DNA from: Propionibacteriaceae bacterium
GTDB taxonomy: Bacteria; Actinomycetota; Actinomycetes; Propionibacteriales; Propionibacteriaceae
Reading direction: 5' to 3'
DNA: 24,000 nt
NCBI GenBank assembly: GCA_035253925.1
Contig: DATFBI010000007.1
Location: 1-24,000 of the forward strand
Made by a program: the position numbers and the translations under genes. This document shows positions 9,696 to 18,500 of the stretch, in pieces (positions within the stretch are counted from its first letter, which is position 1; the number at the start of each line of letters is the position of its first letter). The notes below the pieces were generated by a model. The model had not been told where the DNA came from and did no database searches. It saw nothing but the letters and a program-made list of their open reading frames with translations.

Positions 9696-10916
9696 TCAGC
9701 CCGGATCGTGCATCGCACCGGATTGGCGTTGGCTGAGGCCTACGTCGCTACTCGGCATGATAGATGCCAAGGCGATGATCCCCACACAGAGCAATGCAGG
9801 CACAGCCATAGCGTGATGGATCCCAAGCTGATTGATCAGAAAACCCACAAAAGCCGGGCCGATCAAGAACGCGGCGTAGCCGAAGGTCACAACCATAGCG
9901 AGCGCTCTGCCGCCGCCGATGTGCCCCGAGAGCGCATAGACCTGCGGTGCGATCATGCCAACGCCGAAGCCGACCAGAGCCCAACCAAGTACTAGCAAGG
10001 GCAGGCTGCTCACCAGCGTGACTGTCAAATAGCCGAGAGCTGCGCACAGGCCACCAAAACGTACGACCGCTCGTCGCCCGAAACGGGCAACCAGCCGATC
10101 GCCGAGCAGGCGGATCACAACCATGAAGGCGCTGACGGCAATCAGGCCGAGCGCACCGGTGGTCGGGTCGACGCCGGCGACGTCGGTGACATGGAGGGAC
10201 GACCAATCGAGGGCTGTGCCCTCGCAGAGACCAAAGGCCAGCGCCATGACGGCCAGCACCCACGCCACCGCGGGTATCCGAGTCCGTACCCCATCGACTG
10301 TGTGATGTACTACCGCCGCCTCGGGCGTGATCTTGAGCAAGACGCCCAAGGACACCAACGTCAGCACCGCCAGTGAGACGGACAGTGGCATAACAATGTC
10401 ACCGCCCTTCAGGCCAAGCACAGCGGCAAGCAGCAGCACAGCTCCTGCTCCGATGAAGTTGCCGACCGACCAGAAAGCGTGGAAGAAGCTCATGATCGGC
10501 CGTTCCCGAGCCGCCTCCACTTGCACGCCCATGGCGTTCATCGCGACATCCATCGCTCCATTCCCAAGCCCGACGAGAATGCTGCCGACGATCGCAAAGG
10601 GATAGACCTGCGCCAATCCGATGGTGAGCATCCCGAGACTGAGGAGCGGCACAGCGCCCAGGGTGATCTCGCGGGCGCCGATGGCGTCGGCCAGTCGGCC
10701 GCCGATTTGCATGGACAGGATCGCCGCAGCTCCACCGCAGAAGAGCATGATCGCAATCTGAGTGGCGTCCAAGCCGAGTTTGTCGCGCAGCGACGGGAGA
10801 GCACCGCCGAAGCCGCCGATTACCGCGCCGTTAACGACGAACATCAACGTCACCGCGATGGCAGCTAGTCGGGTCGAGAGCCGGCTAGTGACAACAGCAG
10901 AAGTAGTCAATTCCAA
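9696..10916 (-). CDS. Major facilitator superfamily transporter
   Basis: 406 aa with repeated hydrophobic segments; GGRLADAIGAREITLGAVPLLSLGMLTIG and LGDRLVARFGRRAVVRFGGL loop motifs. Upstream of and codirectional with the MarR gene. Confidence 0.88.
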   Translation of the reverse strand: MELTTSAVVTSRLSTRLAAIAVTLMFVVNGAVIGGFGGALPSLRDKLGLDATQIAIMLFCGGAAAILSMQIGGRLADAIGAREITLGAVPLLSLGMLTIGLAQVYPFAIVGSILVGLGNGAMDVAMNAMGVQVEAARERPIMSFFHAFWSVGNFIGAGAVLLLAAVLGLKGGDIVMPLSVSLAVLTLVSLGVLLKITPEAAVVHHTVDGVRTRIPAVAWVLAVMALAFGLCEGTALDWSSLHVTDVAGVDPTTGALGLIAVSAFMVVIRLLGDRLVARFGRRAVVRFGGLCAALGYLTVTLVSSLPLLVLGWALVGFGVGMIAPQVYALSGHIGGGRALAMVVTFGYAAFLIGPAFVGFLINQLGIHHAMAVPALLCVGIIALASIMPSSDVGLSQRQSGAMHDPG

Positions 10917-11135
10917 TTTCTGTATCGATTTAGAAGGCCGATTTCCACTGTACGCAACATCCTCGGAGATCGCAAAGGCCGCTAGGCGCTGACCTGGAAT
11001 GCAGGTCCACCGCGCGATGCGTACGCTTGGCTCTGGCCGATCGAAGGGTTGGTCAGCGTGTGGGCGAACCGGTCTCTATTCGAAACCAGCGGCTCGGAAC
11101 CGAGCTCAGGGTGGGAAGATTGGCCGGGCCCACAT

Positions 11136-11213
11136 TCCCCGGTTGGTCTGTCGGCAGGGCCCGCCTGACTTTGAATCAGGACTAGCGACGTAGGTTCGAC
11201 TCCTACCCGGGGA
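11136..11213 (+). tRNA. tRNA-Gln (anticodon TTG)
   Basis: Acceptor TCCCCGG 11136-11142 pairs with CCGGGGA 11207-11213. Anticodon stem CCTGA/TCAGG with loop CTTTGAA; T stem GTAGG/CCTAC with loop TTCGACT. No encoded CCA. Folded by hand. Confidence 0.88.
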
Positions 11214-11246
11214 GCGGAGCGTCCTCAGCTAGTAAGGAGCCAGCTG

Positions 11247-12701
11247 TTGTCCGTTCACTCCGACCAGGCCCCAAGCCCGGTCGCTGTCATTATCTTGGCC
11301 GCGGGCGAGGGGAAGCGGATGAAGTCCTCGCGTTCCAAGCTTTTGCACGAGATCGCCGGTCATTCCATGCTGAGTTACGCGGTGACGGCTGCAACGGAGG
11401 TGCAGCCAGAACACGTGGTCGTCGTTGTGGGCCATCTGCGTGATCAGGTGGAAGCGCATCTCGCGGAGATCGCGCCACATGTATTGATCGCGGTACAAGA
11501 TCAACAGCTCGGCACCGGCCATGCCGTTGAGGTTGCGCTCGGCCAGTTGGCAGATCTGAACGGCGACGTGATCGTCACCATGGGCGATGTACCGATGCTT
11601 ACCGGTGACACTCTCGCGGCACTGCTCGAGGAGCACCGGGCCCACCAAGCCGTGGTCACCGTGCTAACCGCGGAGGTTCCAGACCCTACCGGGTACGGCC
11701 GGATCATCCGCGACGCGAATGGAATGGTGAGCGGCATTGTCGAGCATCGAGATGCCGATGACGTCCAGCGACAAATCAACGAGATCAACTCTGGGATCTA
11801 TGTCTTCGACGGCGCGGCATTGCGAGCCGCACTAACCGAACTCACACCGACTAATGATCAAGGCGAGTTGTATCTCAGTGACGTGCCGGCCGTGGTACGT
11901 CGAACCGGCAAACCGGTGGCTGCGCTGTTGATCGACGACTTATGGCAGACCGAGGGCGTCAATGACAGGCTCCAGCTATCTCAGCTGAACGCCGAGGTGA
12001 ACCGTCGCATTCTGCAGCGCTGGATGCGCGAAGGCGTGACAGTGATAGACCCAGCAACGACCTGGGTACACGCCTCAGTTGATCTTGCACCTGATGTGAT
12101 CTTGCTGCCCGGCACCTCGCTGGAGGGGGCTACCTCAGTCGCGGCAGGGGCCCGGATCGGCCCGGACACGATGCTGATTGACGTAGAAGTGGGCGAGAAC
12201 GCGGTGGTCACGCGAACCCAGGCCTCGCTAAGCGTGATCGGACCCGGCGCCAATGTCGGTCCGTTCGCCTATCTTCGGCCGGGTACCACACTCGGTGCTG
12301 GGGGAAAGATCGGCACCTTCGTGGAAGCCAAGAACGCTCGCATCGGAGCCGGGGCCAAAGCTCCGCATCTCAGCTATCTGGGTGATGCAGTGATCGGTGA
12401 GGGTGCCAATATCGGAGCGGGCGTGATCTTCGCGAACTACGACGGGGTACGCAAATCCACTACAACGGTTGGGGCGTACGCCTTCGTTGGCAGTAACTCG
12501 GTACTTGCCGCACCAGTGGAGGTAGCCGACGGCGCGTACATCGCAGCCGGCTCCACGATCACTGGAGACGTCGGACCTGGTGATCTTGGGGTGAGCCGGA
12601 GCCGGCAGCGCAATGTGCCCGGTTGGGTGGCGCGCAAGCGGGCTGGCACCAAAACCGCGCGAGCCGCCGAGGCAGCGCTTGAGCAAAAGGAGCCGTCGTG
12701 A
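11247..12701 (+). CDS. glmU: Bifunctional UDP-N-acetylglucosamine diphosphorylase / glucosamine-1-phosphate N-acetyltransferase
   Basis: VAVIILAAGEGKRMKSSRSKLLHEIAGHSML, TLTGDTLAALLEEH region, and left-handed beta-helix repeats near the C-terminus (VIGEGANIGAGVIFANYDGVRKSTTTVGAYAFVGSNSVL). Confidence 0.96.
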   Translation: MSVHSDQAPSPVAVIILAAGEGKRMKSSRSKLLHEIAGHSMLSYAVTAATEVQPEHVVVVVGHLRDQVEAHLAEIAPHVLIAVQDQQLGTGHAVEVALGQLADLNGDVIVTMGDVPMLTGDTLAALLEEHRAHQAVVTVLTAEVPDPTGYGRIIRDANGMVSGIVEHRDADDVQRQINEINSGIYVFDGAALRAALTELTPTNDQGELYLSDVPAVVRRTGKPVAALLIDDLWQTEGVNDRLQLSQLNAEVNRRILQRWMREGVTVIDPATTWVHASVDLAPDVILLPGTSLEGATSVAAGARIGPDTMLIDVEVGENAVVTRTQASLSVIGPGANVGPFAYLRPGTTLGAGGKIGTFVEAKNARIGAGAKAPHLSYLGDAVIGEGANIGAGVIFANYDGVRKSTTTVGAYAFVGSNSVLAAPVEVADGAYIAAGSTITGDVGPGDLGVSRSRQRNVPGWVARKRAGTKTARAAEAALEQKEPS

Positions 12702-13675
12702 GCGGTCTCAAGCGCCCGAACGACAAGCATTTAATGCTGTTCTCGGGCCGGGCGCATCCCGATCTAGCGAACGAAGTCGCGCAGTTGATGAAGGTCGAGC
12801 TCGTTCCGACGCGCGCGATTACGTACGCCAATTCCGAGATCTATGTGCGATTCGATGAGTCGGTGCGCGGTTGCGACGCCTTTGTGATCCAAAGCCACGC
12901 TGCCCCGGTCAATGAGTGGACCATGGAGCAGTTGATCATGGTGGATGCTCTGAAGCGGGCATCGGCCAAGCGAATCACCGTTGTTGCGCCGTTTTACCCC
13001 TACGCCCGACAGGACAAGAAGCACCGTGGTCGCGAGCCGATTTCGGCGCGGCTGATCGCAGATTTGTTCCATACAGCCGGCGCCCACCGGATTATGTCGG
13101 TGGACTTACACGCGGCGCAGATTCAAGGCTTCTTCGATGGTCCGGTTGATCATCTGTGGGCGCTTCCGGTGCTCTCGGATTACCTGGTGAGCAAGTACGA
13201 CACGTCCGAAATGACTGTTGTCTCGCCGGACGCGGGCAGGGTGCGGGTAGCCGACATGTGGACCGACAGGCTGAACTGCGCGCTGGCGATCATCCACAAA
13301 CGCCGGGACCCGAACGTGGTCAACACAGTTGCCATCCACGAAGTCGTTGGCGAGGTGGAAGGGCGAGTCTGCTTGCTCGTCGACGACATGATCGACACCG
13401 CCGGCACTATCTGCCAAGCTGCCGAGGCGTTGAAGGCACGCGGCGCAAAGGCGGTCATCGCGGCGGCCACTCATCCTGTGCTCTCTGGGCCAGCCATCGA
13501 CCGGCTGAAAGCAACAGAGTTCGAGGAAGTGATCGTCACCAATACCTTGCCGATCCCCGAGGAGCGCCGCTTCGATTCGCTCACTGTCTTATCGATTGCG
13601 CCCTTGATCGCACGAGCGATCCGTGAGGTGTTCGAGGAGGGCTCGGTTACCAGCCTCTTCAACGGGCAGGCGTAG
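12698..13675 (+). CDS. prs: Ribose-phosphate pyrophosphokinase
   Basis: LMLFSGRAHPDLANEVAQLMKVELV, PFYPYARQDKKHRGREPISARLIADLF, CLLVDDMIDTAGTICQAAEAL. GTG start overlaps the glmU stop (GTGA). Confidence 0.96.
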   Translation: MSGLKRPNDKHLMLFSGRAHPDLANEVAQLMKVELVPTRAITYANSEIYVRFDESVRGCDAFVIQSHAAPVNEWTMEQLIMVDALKRASAKRITVVAPFYPYARQDKKHRGREPISARLIADLFHTAGAHRIMSVDLHAAQIQGFFDGPVDHLWALPVLSDYLVSKYDTSEMTVVSPDAGRVRVADMWTDRLNCALAIIHKRRDPNVVNTVAIHEVVGEVEGRVCLLVDDMIDTAGTICQAAEALKARGAKAVIAAATHPVLSGPAIDRLKATEFEEVIVTNTLPIPEERRFDSLTVLSIAPLIARAIREVFEEGSVTSLFNGQA

Positions 13676-13686
13676 TTGAATGGGCT

Positions 13687-13921
13687 TGTCTGCTCGCGCA
13701 ATGTTTGATTGCTCGCTCCGCTCCCGAGGATCGCGCCATGAGGCCGCCGACTTCCTCTCTCGCTCGCAGACGAAAAGCGTGTCTGCTCCGTTCGTTCGTC
13801 CAGAACAGCGGCGCGATCCTGCGCGCTTTGGATCCGCCTAGTTCGTAGCTCGCACAGGAAAGGCGTCCCTGCTCCCTCCTCCTCAGCATGGCGGCGCGCG
13901 ATTTACCGACGCTCGCAGACA
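13687..13921 (-). repeat. Structured intergenic repeat, copy 3: inverted relative to copies 1 and 2, composite with two hairpin modules
   Basis: Reverse complement shares GCGAGCGTCGGTAAATCGCGCGCCGCC.TGCTGAGGAGGAGGGAGC with copy 1 and ends in ATTGCGCGAGCAGACA. Termini TGTCTGC (13687-13693) and GCAGACA (13915-13921) are exact inverted repeats. Confidence 0.75.
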
Positions 13922-14095
13922 TAGATTTCTCTCTGCTTTCCGGCGAGTTGGCCACTATTGGGCGTTGTCGGCTAAGGTTGAGCGGTTGCCTCGGCGAGGG
14001 TCGCAGGACCGTGATCGACTAGGTCGATGCGAACTGCGTCCCCCTCGCTGAGTCCTGATCGAGACCGCTGACGTAAGTTCCGAGGAGTTCGTTTC

Positions 14096-14752
14096 GTGCC
14101 CGAGGTAAAGCTGACAGCCGAACTGCGTACGGAGTTCGGCAAGGGCGCCGCCCGCCGGATCCGTCGCGCGCACAAAGTGCCCGCCGTGTTGTACGGCCAC
14201 GGCACTGCCCCGATTCACATTTCCCTGCCCGGTCACGAGACCCTCTTGGCGTTGCGTACCGCCAATGCACTGCTGTCAATCGAGGTCGACGGCAGTTCCC
14301 AGCTCGCACTGCCGAAGCAAGTCCAGCGTGACCCGCTGAAGCACACCATTGAGCATGTTGATCTAGTGATCGTCCGCCGCGGTGAAAAGGTGACCGTTGA
14401 TGTGCCCGTGCACGTCGAAGGCGAGGCCGGCCCAGACACCCTGGTCGTTGTTGATCACAACACTGTGCCAGTGGAGGCCGAGGCAACCCACATCCCGCAG
14501 CAGATCGTCGTTTCGGTCGGGGATCTACCGCCTGGTACCCAAATCCTTGCCCGTGACCTTGTGCTTCCGTCTGGTTCGTCCATCGATCTTGATCCCGAGA
14601 CCTTGATCGTCAACGTTACGAATGCGCCGACTGCCGAGGCTCTGGAAGCGGAGCTGGCCGAGGCCGAGGCGGAGGCCGGAATCGAGCCGACCATGGCTGC
14701 GCCTGCCGAGCCGACCGCGGATGAGGCGCCTGCCGAGTCCGAGACCGCCTAG
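14096..14752 (+). CDS. rplY: 50S ribosomal protein L25 / general stress protein Ctc
   Basis: KLTAELRTEFGKGAARRIRRAHKVPAVLYGHG, HIEHVDLVIVRRGEKVTVDVPVHVEGEA; acidic C-terminal tail; adjacent to pth. Confidence 0.94.
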   Translation: MPEVKLTAELRTEFGKGAARRIRRAHKVPAVLYGHGTAPIHISLPGHETLLALRTANALLSIEVDGSSQLALPKQVQRDPLKHTIEHVDLVIVRRGEKVTVDVPVHVEGEAGPDTLVVVDHNTVPVEAEATHIPQQIVVSVGDLPPGTQILARDLVLPSGSSIDLDPETLIVNVTNAPTAEALEAELAEAEAEAGIEPTMAAPAEPTADEAPAESETA

Positions 14753-14770
14753 CTGCCAGTTGCGGATGCC

Positions 14771-15355
14771 ATGACCGCATGGCTGGTCGTTGGCCTGGGC
14801 AATCCCGGTCCGGCCTTCGCCTCGCACCGGCACAACGTCGGTTACCGGGTGGCAGAGGAACTGGCCCGACGGCTTGGCGTGCGGTTCCGGGTCGCGCGGG
14901 GAATACGGGCAGAGGTCGCAGAAGGCAGGATCGGACCGCCGGGAGCTGATGGCCCGCGGCTGATTGTGGCCAAGTCACGAACGTTCATGAACGAGACGGG
15001 CTGGGCCGTGACACGATTGCTTGCCTATTACAAGCTCCAGCCGTCGCAGATGATCGTGGTGCACGATGAGCTCGACATCGACCCAGGCCAGCTGCGGGTT
15101 AAGTTCGGTGGTGGTGACAACGGCCACAATGGCTTGAAGTCGATCCGCACCGCCCTCGGTACCGGTGACTTCTATCGGGTACGCATTGGCGTCGGGCGTC
15201 CGCCTGGCCGGCAGGATCCGGCCGATTTTCTGCTTAGCGACATCCCGCCCAGCGCGCGGGAGGCCGTTGCGGAGGAAATCGACCGGGCCGCGGACGCGGT
15301 CGAATCGCTCGTTGCGGTCGGGCTCGATAGAACACAGAACACCTTCAACACCTGA
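14771..15355 (+). CDS. pth: Peptidyl-tRNA hydrolase
   Basis: WLVVGLGNPGPAFASHRHNVGYRVAEELA, KSRTFMNETGWAV, VVHDELDIDPGQLRVKFGGGDNGHNGLKSI, GIGRPPGRQDPADFLL. Confidence 0.96.
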   Translation: MTAWLVVGLGNPGPAFASHRHNVGYRVAEELARRLGVRFRVARGIRAEVAEGRIGPPGADGPRLIVAKSRTFMNETGWAVTRLLAYYKLQPSQMIVVHDELDIDPGQLRVKFGGGDNGHNGLKSIRTALGTGDFYRVRIGVGRPPGRQDPADFLLSDIPPSAREAVAEEIDRAADAVESLVAVGLDRTQNTFNT

Positions 15356-15371
15356 GCCCTTCTGGTGGCGA

Positions 15372-15489
15372 AACCTACGTTCACGTAGGTTGCTCACGGT
15401 CTGCACAGGTTGCAACCGATGCAGACCGTCAGCAACCTGTGCAGACCCTGCGATGCTTGCGCGATGCTTGGGCCTGCGCAGACCGTGAG
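15372..15489. repeat. Nested inverted-repeat cluster between pth and mfd
   Basis: AACCTACG/CGTAGGTT (15372-15379/15384-15391); GGTCTGCACAGGTTGC/GCAACCTGTGCAGACC (15398-15413/15432-15447); CTCACGGTCTGC/GCAGACCGTGAG (15393-15404/15478-15489); palindrome GGTTGCAACC (15408-15417). Confidence 0.85.
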
Positions 15490-15525
15490 GAAGAAGAAAC
15501 CCGCCCAAGCCGGTAACCTCTCTGG

Positions 15526-18500
15526 GTGACCCTGACGGGACTCGTTGATCTTTTCTCCACCGAACCCACCGTCGCCCAGACCATCGCTGATGCGCGCACG
15601 CGTCGACTCTCGGTGCTTGACATCACGGCGCCGGCGCCGATGCGGCCGCTGATTGCTGCCGCGTTGAGCGCCGCGATTGAGCGCGGGGGCGCCGGCCAGC
15701 CAGTGCTGCTGGTTACCTCGACCTTCCGCGAGGCGGAGGAGCTCACCGCGGCGCTGCAGTCTCTGGTCGGCGAGGATGCAGTGGCGTACTACCCAGCCTG
15801 GGAGACGCTGCCGCACGAGCGGCTGAGTCCTCGCTCGGACACGGTGGGACGCCGGCTTGAGTTGTTGCGTCGGCTGGCGGGTAATAGTGATCTTGCTGCG
15901 CCTCAGGTCGTCGTCGCCCCGGTACGCAGCATCCTGCAGCCACAGGTCAAGGGCCTAGGCGAGCTCAAGCCGATTCGCCTCAGGGTCGGCGAGGACATCG
16001 ACCTCAGCGACCTTGCGACCGCCCTAGTTAACGCGGCGTACACCCGCGTCGATCTGGTCGAGCGGCGCGGCGAGTTTGCGGTACGCGGCGGCATTGTCGA
16101 CATCTTCCCGCCGACCGAGGAGCACCCGGTACGCATCGACTTCTTCGGTGACACCGTTGAAGAGATTCGCTACTTCTCCGTCGCCGACCAACGATCGAGC
16201 GACATCGCGCTGACCGAGATCATTGCGTCACCATGCCGGGAGCTGCTGCTGAACGATGAGGTGCGTGCTCGCGCAGCCGCGCTTGCGGAGCAGCATCCCG
16301 AGCTGATCGAGATGCTCGACAAAATCGTTCAAGGTCATCCAGTCGACGGCATGGAGGCACTGTCACCGGCGCTGGTGGACGGCATGGAACTGCTGATCGA
16401 CCTGTTGCCGCCCGATACTCACGTGCTGATCAGCGATCCTGAGCTGGTACGGGGACGGGCGCTCGAGCTGGTTAAGACGAGCGAGGAGTTCCTCCACGCC
16501 TCCTGGGCCGCCGCCGCAGGTGGAGGGAAAGCGCCAATCGATCTCGGCGCATCGGCATATCAGCCGCTCGCCGACGTCCGTGCCGCCGCGCTCGCCCACG
16601 GAATGGCGTGGTGGACGCTATCGCCGTTCAGCGCCGGTCCGGTGGACGAGTCTGTCGCAGGTGGCGGCCGCGTCGACCCCATCCGGACAGATGAGGGTGA
16701 AATCATCGATCTCTCCGACCGGGTCACTGGACCCGGTGTCGAGTCCAGGACAGTGCATGGCCAGGTCGGCGAGACCTATCGGGGTGATACCGAGGCTGCG
16801 ATCAACGAGATCACCAAACGAGTCCGTGACAGCTGGCGAGTGGTCGTAACAGCTGAAGGTCGCGGTACAGCGGATCGGATCATCGAGGTTCTCGGTGAGC
16901 ATGCTGTGCCGGTGCACAGCCCATCGGCGCTCGATGAGCCCCCGCCTGCGAGTCTGGCCACGGTTGTCACCGGACAACTCAGCCACGGTTTTGTGGCCGA
17001 CGAGATCCGGCTCGCGGTCTTCACAGCTACCGATCTGTCCGGTCAGCGTGCCGCCGACCGGGCCAACCGGAAGATGCCGGCCCGGCGCAAGAACCAGATC
17101 GACCCGCTCGAGCTCGTAGCGGGTGATCCGGTCGTGCACAGCCAACACGGGGTCGGCCGCTACGTCGAGATGTCGCAGCGCACTGTGGCCGGAGCGACCC
17201 GAGAGTATCTGGTGATCGAATACGCGCCGTCGAGGCGTGGCCAACCAGGTGATCGGCTCTACGTACCGATGGACTCTCTTGATCAAGTAACCCGATACGT
17301 CGGCGGAGAGAACCCGAGCCTGGACCGGCTAGGCGGTGCAGATTGGGCCAAGCGCAAAGGCCGAGCGCGTCGAGCGGTTCGTGAAATCGCCGCAGAGTTG
17401 ATCAAGCTGTACGCGGCCCGGCAGGCCACTCGCGGTCATGCTTTCTCTCCCGACACCACCTGGCAGCGAGAGCTGGAGGATGCATTCCCTTACGTTGAGA
17501 CCCCTGATCAGCTGGGTGCGATCGAGGACGTGAAGCGTGATATGGAGCAGATCGTGCCGATGGACCGGCTGATCTGCGGGGACGTCGGTTACGGCAAGAC
17601 TGAGATCGCGGTACGCGCCGCATTCAAGGCAGTGCAGGACGGCAAGCAGGTGGCGATCTTGGTCCCCACAACTTTGCTGGTGCAGCAGCACTACGCCACG
17701 TTTGCCGATCGCTATGCCGGCTTCCCCGTCAACGTGGCGCCGCTCAGCCGGTTTGCTACTGAGGCCGAGGCACGGGCAACCATCGAAGGGCTCGGCGATG
17801 GCAGGGTTGATGTCGTCGTCGGTACGCATCGGCTGTTGTCAGATGAGATCACCTTCAAGGACCTGGGCCTAGTCGTGATCGATGAGGAGCAGCGCTTCGG
17901 GGTAGAGCACAAGGAGCAGCTGAAGCGGCTGCGTACCCACGTCGACGTACTGGCCATGTCGGCCACGCCGATCCCACGGACGCTCGAGATGGCGATCACT
18001 GGGATCCGTGAGATGAGCACGATCATGACTCCACCGGAGGAGCGGCATCCGGTACTGACCTTTGCCGGTCCGTACGACGAGGCTCAGGTAAGCGCGGCGA
18101 TCCGGCGCGAACTGCTCCGTGAGGGGCAAATCTTCTTTGTACACAATCGCGTGCAGAGCATCGACAAGGCTGCTCGGCGGATTGCGGACCTAGTGCCGGA
18201 GGCGCGAGTGGTGACCGCACATGGCCAGATGAGCGAGCAGCGACTCGAACAGGTCATGATCGACTTCTGGGAGCGCCGAGCCGATGTACTGGTCTGCACC
18301 ACGATCGTGGAGGCGGGCCTGGATATCTCGACTGCCAACACACTGCTGATTGAACGCTCCGACCTGATGGGACTTTCCCAGCTGCATCAGCTGCGTGGCC
18401 GGGTTGGCCGCGGCCGTGAGCGTGGCTACGCCTACTTCCTCTATCCACCCGACAAGCCGCTGACCGAAACCGCATACGACCGCATTAGCACGATCGCCGC

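Noticed and set aside
13659-13955. Minus-strand ORF MANSPESREKSMSASVGKSRAAMLRRREQ... and the similar plus-strand ORFs 5836..6033 and 9044..9460
   Set aside because: They share a peptide (SASVGKSRTAVLRRRE / ERRRSRRIPRAIARAAQ) only because they read through the DNA repeat. Differences between copies include many non-synonymous changes and better preserve pairing, so a protein is not supported without ribosome profiling.
15372-15391. Intrinsic terminator after pth
   Set aside because: The 8-bp hairpin AACCTACG-TTCA-CGTAGGTT is real but is not followed by a T-tract, so I list it only as part of the inverted-repeat cluster.
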